Source of the DNA: a virus
Taxonomy: Duplodnaviria > Caudoviricetes
Strand: one strand, 5' to 3'
Virus record (IMG/VR): IMGVR_UViG_3300025102_000037
Span: 1 to 54,439 of that record
DNA length: 54,439 nucleotides
The translations under genes and the position numbers were made by a program. Below, piece after piece: positions 42,424-50,171 of this stretch (its first letter is position 1; each line of letters starts with the position of its first letter). The notes under the pieces are model-generated. The model was given only the letters and a program-made list of their open reading frames with translations. It was not told the origin of the DNA and made no database searches.

Positions 42424-44862
42424 ATGCTTTGGGATAAACTGTCTTATGAAGAACAGCAAAGAAGAATTGATATCGAATCTACTATGGAAGAGGAGACGTT
42501 GTTATCTTCTATCCAAAAGTATTGGGATGATTATGACAGGGCACCCGATGAGGGTATCCCTGAACAAAAACTATTAGATGATTTTATTGATGAGCTAGCT
42601 CCCCAGTATCAGGAGTGGATTGATAAGGTATCTGATAGTCCTAAGTGTCCGCAGTGGGTCTACCCATTATTTGCATTAGGTGCTCACAAGATGGCAGACC
42701 TAACGCTTAGATCTGTGATGCGACTGTGGCTAAACAGTAATGCTTTCAAAGAAGACAGCGATGGTATTGTACACCCACCACTTGCACAGCATGTGGTTAG
42801 AATGATATCTAAAGATGCAGTAAATATTATTGCTTATCAGCTAGCTAAAGAAGAACACAGAGATGACTGGCAAAGACAGTCTAAGTTTATTAAAAACTGG
42901 TCAGAAAAAAGATGTATTGCTTTTGCTACTAAGATGGCAAAGATTCCAGACATGACGCTCAAACAGAAGGATGACTTTGGTCATCACATGTTGCGTATTG
43001 CAGAAGCTTCTGGCGTAGTGCAGACTACTAAACGCAGCAAGCGCAGGGGTAGAGGGTGGACTCATGCATTGCATGTAGAGTTTAGCCCTGCTATCCTAGC
43101 CTATCTTAATGAACGACACAAGCTAATGGAAACATCTATGCTTGTATATCGTCCAATGATTATACCCCCTGTTGAGCACAACTTAGATAGTTCCGGTGGG
43201 TATCTTCACCACTGGATTCGTAAAGAAGTTGTACATAGATATGTCTCTGAGTATGCAGAAGATAAAGTTGTACACCAAAAACACTCAGAGCCGTCACAGT
43301 TTGTGCTTGATGGTGTCAATGCTATGATGCAAACGGAATGGACAGTCAATGACAGAGTGTTAGAAGTTATGGAAAACATGTTTAAGTCAAACAATCAATT
43401 AGCTAATCTACCTGCATATAACTTTGATGAGTTCTCATATAATGAACCGTACCCTGAAGATGGGCCGAAAGATGTGCAGGCTAAATGGTGTCAGCGTAGA
43501 GAAGAGATGTACAGTAATTGGTTTAAACAAGAGCAGGCTAGAGCTAGAATGTTAGTTCGCTTGACTCTTGCTAAGAAGATGCAGAAGTATCAATTCTTTT
43601 ACATGCCAATGACGCTCGACTTCCGGGGGCGAGCGTACACTACATGTGAGTTACTGTCTCATCAAAGCTCTGACTTTGATAAAGCATTGATTCATTTTGC
43701 TGAGCCTGTAAAACAAACAGATCGTGGATTGTATTGGGTTAAAGTTCATGCTGCTAATATGTTTGATCAAGATAAACTTTCTTTTGATGAGAGAGTAGAG
43801 TGGGTAGATGATAACATGGATATGCTTCAAGCAATTAATGATGATCCCTACTCTAATAAAGAGTGGGTATCAGATAAAAAGAAAAAGAATCCATCATTCC
43901 AAAGGCTTGCTGCTGTGTTTGAAGTATGCCGTACAGATGGGTTGACTCAGTTAGCACCGCAGATGGATGGCGCATGCAATGGTTCGCAGCACTGGGCTGC
44001 TATCATGGGTGATAAGGTAATTGGTGCATTAACTAATGTGTTACCTGAAGACAAACCACAAGATCTGTACCAATTTATTGCAGATAAAACTACTGACTAT
44101 TGTCGAAAAAATACTAAGAATATTTCTTGGTGTGAAGACTTCCTTGAGTATTGGCCTGAAGGTATTGATCGTGCTGTAACCAAACGACCTACTATGTGTG
44201 ACGCATATGGGCTAACATTTTATGGTATTCAAAAGTATATTAAGATTGAAGGTCATGTTGACTGGGTGCCCAAGGAAAAACAAGGTGGAGCTATTGTAGA
44301 GTTAGCCCGAGCAATCCAGCATGGGCTAGGTGAGGCATTGCAGGAGCCCAATCGTGGCAAGGAATGGCTCAAGGAATGTGCTGAGATATGTGGTAATGCT
44401 GGCTTTCACCTAGAGTACACTGTCCCTAGTGGCTTTAAAGTAGTACATGCATACTACCAGATTAAAAAGAGAAGATCATTAGCGTCACTCTTTAACCACA
44501 AAGAACTTATATTTTGGAATGTTTCTAAAGAAGTGAATAGAGATAAAGCAATGCTTGGTATACCACCAAACTACATACACTCACTAGATGCAAGCCATAT
44601 GTTCTGCACTGTAAAACAAATGATTAATGCGGGTATTGAAAGATTCAGTATGATCCATGATTCGTATGGTTGTCCCGCACCATATGTGGATATGATGAAT
44701 CAATTTATTAGAGATGAGTTTTTAAAAATGCACAAGGAGAATCAACTTGAAGTATTCAAACGATGCGTCGAAGCAACCACGGGGGTCACACTCCCTGATG
44801 TCCCAGACAGAAGAGACATGGAACTCGAGCGAGTCTTGGACTCCAAGTACTTCTTTTCATGA
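42424..44862 (+). CDS. T7-like DNA-directed RNA polymerase (canonical, 812 aa)
   Basis: PMIIPP, LDFRGRAY, QMDGACNGSQH (A), QDLY, RAVTKRPTMCDAYG (B), PPNYIHSLDASH, MIHDSYG (C), C-terminal YFFS. Confidence 0.97.
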   Translation: MLWDKLSYEEQQRRIDIESTMEEETLLSSIQKYWDDYDRAPDEGIPEQKLLDDFIDELAPQYQEWIDKVSDSPKCPQWVYPLFALGAHKMADLTLRSVMRLWLNSNAFKEDSDGIVHPPLAQHVVRMISKDAVNIIAYQLAKEEHRDDWQRQSKFIKNWSEKRCIAFATKMAKIPDMTLKQKDDFGHHMLRIAEASGVVQTTKRSKRRGRGWTHALHVEFSPAILAYLNERHKLMETSMLVYRPMIIPPVEHNLDSSGGYLHHWIRKEVVHRYVSEYAEDKVVHQKHSEPSQFVLDGVNAMMQTEWTVNDRVLEVMENMFKSNNQLANLPAYNFDEFSYNEPYPEDGPKDVQAKWCQRREEMYSNWFKQEQARARMLVRLTLAKKMQKYQFFYMPMTLDFRGRAYTTCELLSHQSSDFDKALIHFAEPVKQTDRGLYWVKVHAANMFDQDKLSFDERVEWVDDNMDMLQAINDDPYSNKEWVSDKKKKNPSFQRLAAVFEVCRTDGLTQLAPQMDGACNGSQHWAAIMGDKVIGALTNVLPEDKPQDLYQFIADKTTDYCRKNTKNISWCEDFLEYWPEGIDRAVTKRPTMCDAYGLTFYGIQKYIKIEGHVDWVPKEKQGGAIVELARAIQHGLGEALQEPNRGKEWLKECAEICGNAGFHLEYTVPSGFKVVHAYYQIKKRRSLASLFNHKELIFWNVSKEVNRDKAMLGIPPNYIHSLDASHMFCTVKQMINAGIERFSMIHDSYGCPAPYVDMMNQFIRDEFLKMHKENQLEVFKRCVEATTGVTLPDVPDRRDMELERVLDSKYFFS

Positions 44863-45154
44863 GTTGGTGGAGATCTGGTGGTATGATGCGGAAACTTGTG
44901 GCGGCCCCGGTTGGGTTGACCGCGATGATGCTACTGATTATATTTATGGTGATCTTCCTACTATTAAATCTGTTGGCTTTCTTTGTGCTATTACCGATAC
45001 TCATTATTCTATTACCGACAATGTGGGTCACAACCAAATTGGCGGGGTCACAAAGATCCCCCTCGGTATGGTAAAGGAAGTGTATTACTTAGAAAGGACT
45101 AATGATGACACACTTAATAATCAATTCGGAAGGCGACATGGAGAAGGGAATTGA
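44798..45154 (+). CDS. Conserved phage hypothetical protein
   Basis: LVEIWWYDAE..GW, SVGFL, IPLGMV pattern; start uncertain because it overlaps the RNAP 3' end. Confidence 0.6.
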   Translation: MSQTEETWNSSESWTPSTSFHELVEIWWYDAETCGGPGWVDRDDATDYIYGDLPTIKSVGFLCAITDTHYSITDNVGHNQIGGVTKIPLGMVKEVYYLERTNDDTLNNQFGRRHGEGN

Positions 45155-45362
45155 AGAAGCAACTAAACTGGCAAAGATTGATGGCAGTAGTCTAACACTA
45201 GAGCTACCATCAGAACCGTTTGCTAAAGTGTTTATGGAAAATATGTTCGTAGCCTTTGTTGAGGCTGGTGTAAAGAAAGATACTAACATGCAGTTGAACG
45301 TAATGTTCCCTGTAGAGGAGGATATGGATGAAGAAGAAAGCGATGGAGCAGGCGAAGAGTAA
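45102..45362 (+). CDS. Hypothetical acidic protein
   Basis: RBS AAAGGA; acidic C-terminus. Confidence 0.6.
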   Translation: MMTHLIINSEGDMEKGIEEATKLAKIDGSSLTLELPSEPFAKVFMENMFVAFVEAGVKKDTNMQLNVMFPVEEDMDEEESDGAGEE

Positions 45363-45663
45363 GCCTGCTACTAAGTTCTTTCACAAGGGAGAATGGTTTG
45401 ACGTTCTCGAAGTGAAAGAGTATAATAAGGATGAGCTCAATGCTCTGCAACAATTGCATATTGATGGTCTTGTTGACCTGTATGCATCGCGTAAAGCTGA
45501 GGCTTGTAAGTACAAGCACATTGCTGATGAGAAAGGTCAGTTCATTTCGGCTGAATATATTGAGGGCTCAGAAAGAATGGTAGATCTACCTTCCCATGTT
45601 GATCAATGGAAAGATGACTACAAACGGAGATTTAGAAATGGCAAGAGTACTCGTAATAGGTGA
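45328..45663 (+). CDS. Hypothetical protein
   Basis: Fills the operon between its neighbours with typical short overlaps. Confidence 0.55.
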   Translation: MKKKAMEQAKSKPATKFFHKGEWFDVLEVKEYNKDELNALQQLHIDGLVDLYASRKAEACKYKHIADEKGQFISAEYIEGSERMVDLPSHVDQWKDDYKRRFRNGKSTRNR

Positions 45664-46321
45664 TACCCACTGTCCAGCCATGGACCTTGGGTATCCAAAC
45701 TTCCTAGAAGAAATGGCTCAGCAATGGGAGACTGATACCGTAGTTCATATCGGTGATGTCGTTGACTGGGCCAGTATTTCTTACCACGAGAAGATGCCGG
45801 GGTTTGATAACCCAGCCTTGGAATACCAGAAAGCTCTGGATCAAGTGCAGATGTTGTACAAGTTATTCCCTAAGGCTACTGTTATGACCGGCAATCATGA
45901 CGATCTACCCCGGAGACAGATGACTACTGTTGGCCTACCTGAAGAATGCTTAGTAGACTATAACTATTTATGGCAAACTCCGGGGTGGCAATGGAGGCCA
46001 AGATATGATTCTTACAATATTGATGGGGTTATATATCGCCATGGTGATTGCGGTCGTGGTGGCAAGTACGCTGCCCTAAACAATGCTATGGATAATTTTA
46101 ATTCTTATGTCCAAGGTCACACACACTCACTGTCTGGTGTTAACTACTATCGTAATGAAGGTGGTAAAGTCTTTGGTATGAATGTTGGTTGCGGTGTTGA
46201 CCATGATCAACTTGCTATGTATTATGCTAGACGTTATAATGCTAAACCTATCTTGGGTTGTGGTATTGTATTAGATGGTAAGTATGCATACTGGGAGCCT
46301 TACGATGGCGTTACGGGATAA
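45638..46321 (+). CDS. Calcineurin-like metallophosphoesterase
   Basis: IGDTH, HIGDVVD, GNHD, HGD, QGHTH, NVGCG. ATG follows GGAG. Confidence 0.9.
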   Translation: MARVLVIGDTHCPAMDLGYPNFLEEMAQQWETDTVVHIGDVVDWASISYHEKMPGFDNPALEYQKALDQVQMLYKLFPKATVMTGNHDDLPRRQMTTVGLPEECLVDYNYLWQTPGWQWRPRYDSYNIDGVIYRHGDCGRGGKYAALNNAMDNFNSYVQGHTHSLSGVNYYRNEGGKVFGMNVGCGVDHDQLAMYYARRYNAKPILGCGIVLDGKYAYWEPYDGVTG

Positions 46322-46580
46322 CCTTAGAGACAAATGGTTTAAGGGTAATAAGGGTAGAACTAAAGACAGAGATGTTAGGTTCAATCGCCCCGGTGTAGGT
46401 GGTAGCCACAAGTGGAAACCAACTAATATGAACGATCAGAATGGTAAAGGTTCTGAACGAAGAGAAAAAATTATATCTTCTGAAGAAGAAGACTTGCGTT
46501 GGAAGCTTGCTTTTGGTAAAATATCTGAACAAGAATACAACGAAGCCATGGAGAAATTAAATGGCGAAGAATCAGATTGA
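46305..46580 (+). CDS. Hypothetical protein
   Basis: Basic ORF with GKGSERR and LAFGKISEQEY. Confidence 0.55.
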   Translation: MALRDNLRDKWFKGNKGRTKDRDVRFNRPGVGGSHKWKPTNMNDQNGKGSERREKIISSEEEDLRWKLAFGKISEQEYNEAMEKLNGEESD

Positions 46581-46674
46581 TAACAATACTGTTGCCCGTA
46601 TGAAGAAGGCGGGAAGAACTCGTCGGCAACATAAGAACAAGTATGGTCAGCGTAAGGCTGGCAGAAAGAACTGA
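46561..46674 (+). CDS. 37-aa highly basic peptide, not in the ORF track
   Basis: RBS GGAG; MAKNQIDNNTVARMKKAGRTRRQHKNKYGQRKAGRKN fills the gap before the SSB gene. Confidence 0.5.
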   Translation: MAKNQIDNNTVARMKKAGRTRRQHKNKYGQRKAGRKN

Positions 46675-46683
46675 GGTAATTAT

Positions 46684-47199
46684 ATGAATGATCCTACAAA
46701 AGTTTTTAACACACACACGTTAGATGTGAAATGGTCACATCTGCATCGTCCCGATGACAAGTTTGGTGCTCCCGGCAACCACAACATCACTGTTGTCGTT
46801 GACGATCAGCTGCAGAAGCAGCTCGATGAAATCCAATCAGCTCTTGGTGGTAAGAAGATCAATGGTATGTATGAACAAGAAGGCGTTAACTCAATCAAAG
46901 TTAAGTCTACGATCTTTACCAACCCACCAGAGAATGGCGGAGAGAAGAAGGATTGCTACCCCTGTGTAGATGCTAACACCCAACCAACTGAGGCTGTGCC
47001 TTTCGGTGGTGACAAGGTGCGGCTTCGTCTTAAGCCTATGCTTCTCAAACGAGATGGCTCTGTATCATTCTTCTTGAATGGTGTCCAGATCATTGAGAAG
47101 GGTGAACAACAGCAAGGTAGCGGCTTTGCTAAGACTGAAGGATACGATGGCTCTGAGGCCACCGCTCCTGAGGTTGAGACTCAAGACACCCCGTTCTAA
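46684..47199 (+). CDS. Single-stranded DNA-binding protein (T7 gp2.5-like)
   Basis: WSHLHRPDDKFG, GGDKVRL, GSVSFFLNGVQII, acidic tail ending in Phe; lies before the resolvase. Confidence 0.85.
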   Translation: MNDPTKVFNTHTLDVKWSHLHRPDDKFGAPGNHNITVVVDDQLQKQLDEIQSALGGKKINGMYEQEGVNSIKVKSTIFTNPPENGGEKKDCYPCVDANTQPTEAVPFGGDKVRLRLKPMLLKRDGSVSFFLNGVQIIEKGEQQQGSGFAKTEGYDGSEATAPEVETQDTPF

Positions 47200-47579
47200 T
47201 GGAGTGGTCCTTTCCCATTAGTCCTGTTGCGGCTAGTAGACCCCGTGTGTCAAAGCACGGGGCCTACTTCGCCGGACCCTACAAGAACTTTCGACGCGAA
47301 GCAGCGGAGATTGTAGACGATGTATTGGGAGAATGGGAGCCGTTGTCTGGTCCACTGACTGTAGATCTTGAACTGTTTATTGGCAGACCTAAGACTACTA
47401 AGTTAGATGCACCAAGAGCGGACATTGATAATTTTGTAAAGGCTATCTTTGATGTCATGAATGGTAAACTATGGGATGATGACTCACAAGTAATTAAACT
47501 ATACGCTACTAAACAATGGGCTGAAGATGCAAATGGATATTTTGTTTTGGGAATTAACAAGGAGAAACCCAATGAGTGA
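47199..47579 (+). CDS. rusA: RusA-family Holliday junction resolvase
   Basis: PVAASRPRV, DIDNFVKAIFDVMNGKLWDDDSQV. Confidence 0.9.
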   Translation: MEWSFPISPVAASRPRVSKHGAYFAGPYKNFRREAAEIVDDVLGEWEPLSGPLTVDLELFIGRPKTTKLDAPRADIDNFVKAIFDVMNGKLWDDDSQVIKLYATKQWAEDANGYFVLGINKEKPNE

Positions 47580-47817
47580 TTGTAAAGAAAATAAATGCAG
47601 TGCTGAAGACTGCGTGAATCAAGCTGCTGTGTATTTGAGCGAGTTTGCAACTGTCGATAATGATTTCTTTGTTAACAAGATTGCCAATGGTTATCTTGTA
47701 AAGATTGATGGCAAAGATCATCATGACAATTGGATTAATAAACAGTTCGCCATGCCAACGATTGCATGTGTTGAACAAACCTTTGTCGCATGGGCAGAGC
47801 ACAAGCGGGACAGCTAA
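47572..47817 (+). CDS. Hypothetical protein
   Basis: ATG after AAGGAG; NKIANGYLVKIDG. Confidence 0.6.
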   Translation: MSDCKENKCSAEDCVNQAAVYLSEFATVDNDFFVNKIANGYLVKIDGKDHHDNWINKQFAMPTIACVEQTFVAWAEHKRDS

Positions 47818-47822
47818 CCGCA

Positions 47823-47895
47823 GGCTCCATAGCCCAACGGCAGAGGCAGTGGACTTAAAATCCATCCAGTCCGGGTTCGAATCCCGGTGGAGCTA
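47823..47895 (+). tRNA. tRNA-Leu(TAA), short variable loop, CCA not encoded
   Basis: GGCTCCA/TGGAGCT acceptor stem; GTGGA-CT-TAA-AA-TCCAT anticodon arm; CCGGG-TTCGAAT-CCCGG T arm; discriminator A. Confidence 0.88.
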
Positions 47896-47898
47896 TTT

Positions 47899-47972
47899 GC
47901 TTTTGTAGCTCAATTGGATAGAGCAACTGCCTTCTAAGCAGTAGGTTGCAAGTTCGAGTCTTGCCAAGAGCG
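47899..47972 (+). tRNA. tRNA-Arg(TCT), CCA not encoded
   Basis: GCTTTTG/CAAGAGC acceptor stem; GCTC/GAGC D stem; ACTGC-CT-TCT-AA-GCAGT; GCAAG-TTCGAGT-CTTGC. Confidence 0.92.
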
Positions 47973-47974
47973 TT

Positions 47975-48011
47975 ATGTGTCACCCAGTCGGTAGGGTGGC
48001 ACATTTATTTT
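47975..48011 (+). terminator. Terminator/processing hairpin after the tRNA pair
   Basis: ATGTGTCACCC-AGTCGGTA-GGGTGGCACAT followed by TTATTTT. Confidence 0.7.
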
Positions 48012-48023
48012 AGGAGATAACAT

Positions 48024-48467
48024 ATGTTATTAGAATTATTGTTGGCTGGTCTTAGTGGACCAGACTTTGTAGATCAAGTTGATGTTGGTGATGTGTCAGA
48101 AGACTTTCAATGGACGGGTAGCTTTGTAGCTTCCTACTTCTTGGATGAAGAAACTTCGACAGAATTGTTTGTGTATACATTCTCAAACGATGCAACGTCT
48201 GACATTGCAATCTTTGATCTTGTAATTGACGATACAATTACTTGGAATGTTGAAGTGAGCCCCGGTGAAACTGTTAGCTACAGCTACGTTACTGACGATG
48301 TGTATGGCTATGAGTATCAGTCGGCGGTTCTCTTCAATGCTGAAGAAGGATCGTATGATTTTTTTACTACGATTGGGACTCAGTTCGAAGGTAATGTTAT
48401 TCCTGCCCCCGGTGCTCTGGCTATGCTTGGGCTCGCTGGCTTCGGTAGGAGAAATAGAAAGGAATAA
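48024..48467 (+). CDS. PEP-CTERM-like (IPAPG) surface-sorted protein
   Basis: Short hydrophobic N-terminus, acidic beta-rich body, C-terminal IPAPGALAMLGLAGFGRRNRKE (motif, TM helix, Arg cluster). Confidence 0.8.
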   Translation: MLLELLLAGLSGPDFVDQVDVGDVSEDFQWTGSFVASYFLDEETSTELFVYTFSNDATSDIAIFDLVIDDTITWNVEVSPGETVSYSYVTDDVYGYEYQSAVLFNAEEGSYDFFTTIGTQFEGNVIPAPGALAMLGLAGFGRRNRKE

Positions 48468-48469
48468 GT

Positions 48470-50155
48470 ATGAGTGTTTGTACTCATCACGAACCCTGTC
48501 CTCAATGTAGGGGGCAGGGTCGTGATCAAACGGGAGACAATCTTGCTGTCTATGATGATGGTCACAAGTATTGTTTCGCATGTGGATATTGGGAAGGAGA
48601 TAAACCCATGAATGATATGAAACCAGAACCTGTTTATGATGAAGATTGGAAGCCCTACAAAGGTGCTTGTCAAGTTCTTTCGCATCGTGGAATCAAAGAA
48701 GATGTGACTAAGAAGTTTGACTATCAATCTGCAAACATGAACGGTAAAGATGTAGAGATTGCTAACTACTACAGAGATGGAGAGCTGATTGCTCAGAAGT
48801 TGCGTGGTCCTGATAAGCAATTCAAATGGATAGGTAAAGCAAATAACCTTCCGTTGTATGGACAATGGCTGTGGCCTTCCAAGGGTGGCAAGAAACTTGT
48901 CATTACCGAGGGAGAAGTCGATGCATTGACTGTCTGCCAAATCAATGGCGGCTGGCCTGTAGTCTCATTACCAACGGGAGCACAAGGTGCTTTGAAATCT
49001 ATCAAAGATAACTTGGAGTTTGTTAACTCGTATGATGAAGTCATCCTTATGTTTGATGAAGATGAGCCGGGAAGAGATGCGGCTAAGAAGGTAGCTGAGA
49101 CATTGCCTCCGGGTAAATGCAAGATTGCTAACCTGCCATTCAACGATCCAAACGATTGCTTGCTTGCAGGTAAGAGTAAAGAAGTTATGACTGCTATGTG
49201 GAACGCACAGCATTACAGCCCCGACGAGATCTTGCACATCTCTAACATTAATCTTAATGAAGATACTGAACAGAGTGTGTTCTCTTACCCTTGGGGCAAC
49301 ATGAACAAGTTCTTGATTGGTCAACGATCAGGAGAAATTACTCTCTGGACATCGGGTACTGGCTCAGGTAAGTCTACTATCATTCGTGAAATCATTTGGG
49401 ATCATCTCAAACGAGGACGCAAGTGCGGTGCTATCATGCTAGAAGAATCACCCAAAGAAACTATTGAAGATATTATCTCTTTGATTATCAACAAGCCTGT
49501 TCGATCTATTCGTGCTGAACGATTGATGCACAAGCTTATGGAATCAGAAGGTCAAGATGTATTGGCTACCAATGAGATTGATACTTTCAATGACGCAGAG
49601 TACCATGATGCTTTGGCTAAGCTGGGCAAGACTGGGTTCTATATCTATGATCACCTTGGTAACAACGGTGTAGAAAACCTTGTGCAACGCCTAGAGTTCA
49701 TGGCTGTGTCTCTTGGTATTGAGGTTATTGTTCTTGACCACATCACTGCTGCCGCTACTGGTATGCTTGGTTCTATGAATGATAACGAACGACTGTTGAT
49801 TGACAGTCTTATGAAAGAGTTGCGATCACTTGTGTCACGCACTGGCGTACACATTCACATTGTATCTCAGCTTGTCAAGAATGGCAAGGCGTTTGAAGAA
49901 GGCGAACGTATTACTATGCAGGATCTTAGAGGCTCAGGCTCTCTTGCTTCTGTACCTAATACTGTTATCGCATTGGAGCGTAACCGACAAGACCCAGATG
50001 AGGTAGTCAAGAACACAACTACAGTTCGTGTCTTGAAGAATCGTCTGACTGGTAAGTGCGGCGTAGCTTCAGCTCTCTACTACAATCATAACTGCGGTAG
50101 ACTGGAGGAAGTCGAGTATCAGGAATCTGATGCAGGCAACGTATCGTTTAACTAA
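48470..50155 (+). CDS. Primase-helicase (T7 gp4-like)
   Basis: Zn finger CPQC...YCFAC, ITEGEVDAL, LMFDEDEPG (TOPRIM), SGTGSGKST, IVLDHI, DLRGSGSL, LKNRLTG. In-frame internal ATG at 48608 after GAAGGAG. Confidence 0.96.
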   Translation: MSVCTHHEPCPQCRGQGRDQTGDNLAVYDDGHKYCFACGYWEGDKPMNDMKPEPVYDEDWKPYKGACQVLSHRGIKEDVTKKFDYQSANMNGKDVEIANYYRDGELIAQKLRGPDKQFKWIGKANNLPLYGQWLWPSKGGKKLVITEGEVDALTVCQINGGWPVVSLPTGAQGALKSIKDNLEFVNSYDEVILMFDEDEPGRDAAKKVAETLPPGKCKIANLPFNDPNDCLLAGKSKEVMTAMWNAQHYSPDEILHISNINLNEDTEQSVFSYPWGNMNKFLIGQRSGEITLWTSGTGSGKSTIIREIIWDHLKRGRKCGAIMLEESPKETIEDIISLIINKPVRSIRAERLMHKLMESEGQDVLATNEIDTFNDAEYHDALAKLGKTGFYIYDHLGNNGVENLVQRLEFMAVSLGIEVIVLDHITAAATGMLGSMNDNERLLIDSLMKELRSLVSRTGVHIHIVSQLVKNGKAFEEGERITMQDLRGSGSLASVPNTVIALERNRQDPDEVVKNTTTVRVLKNRLTGKCGVASALYYNHNCGRLEEVEYQESDAGNVSFN

Positions 50156-50171
50156 TAGGAGGAAGAGTCTC

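Noticed and set aside
47823-47972. tRNA as a prophage attachment site
   Set aside because: No integrase, no duplicated tRNA 3' end and no host genes are present; the tRNAs sit inside the phage replication module.
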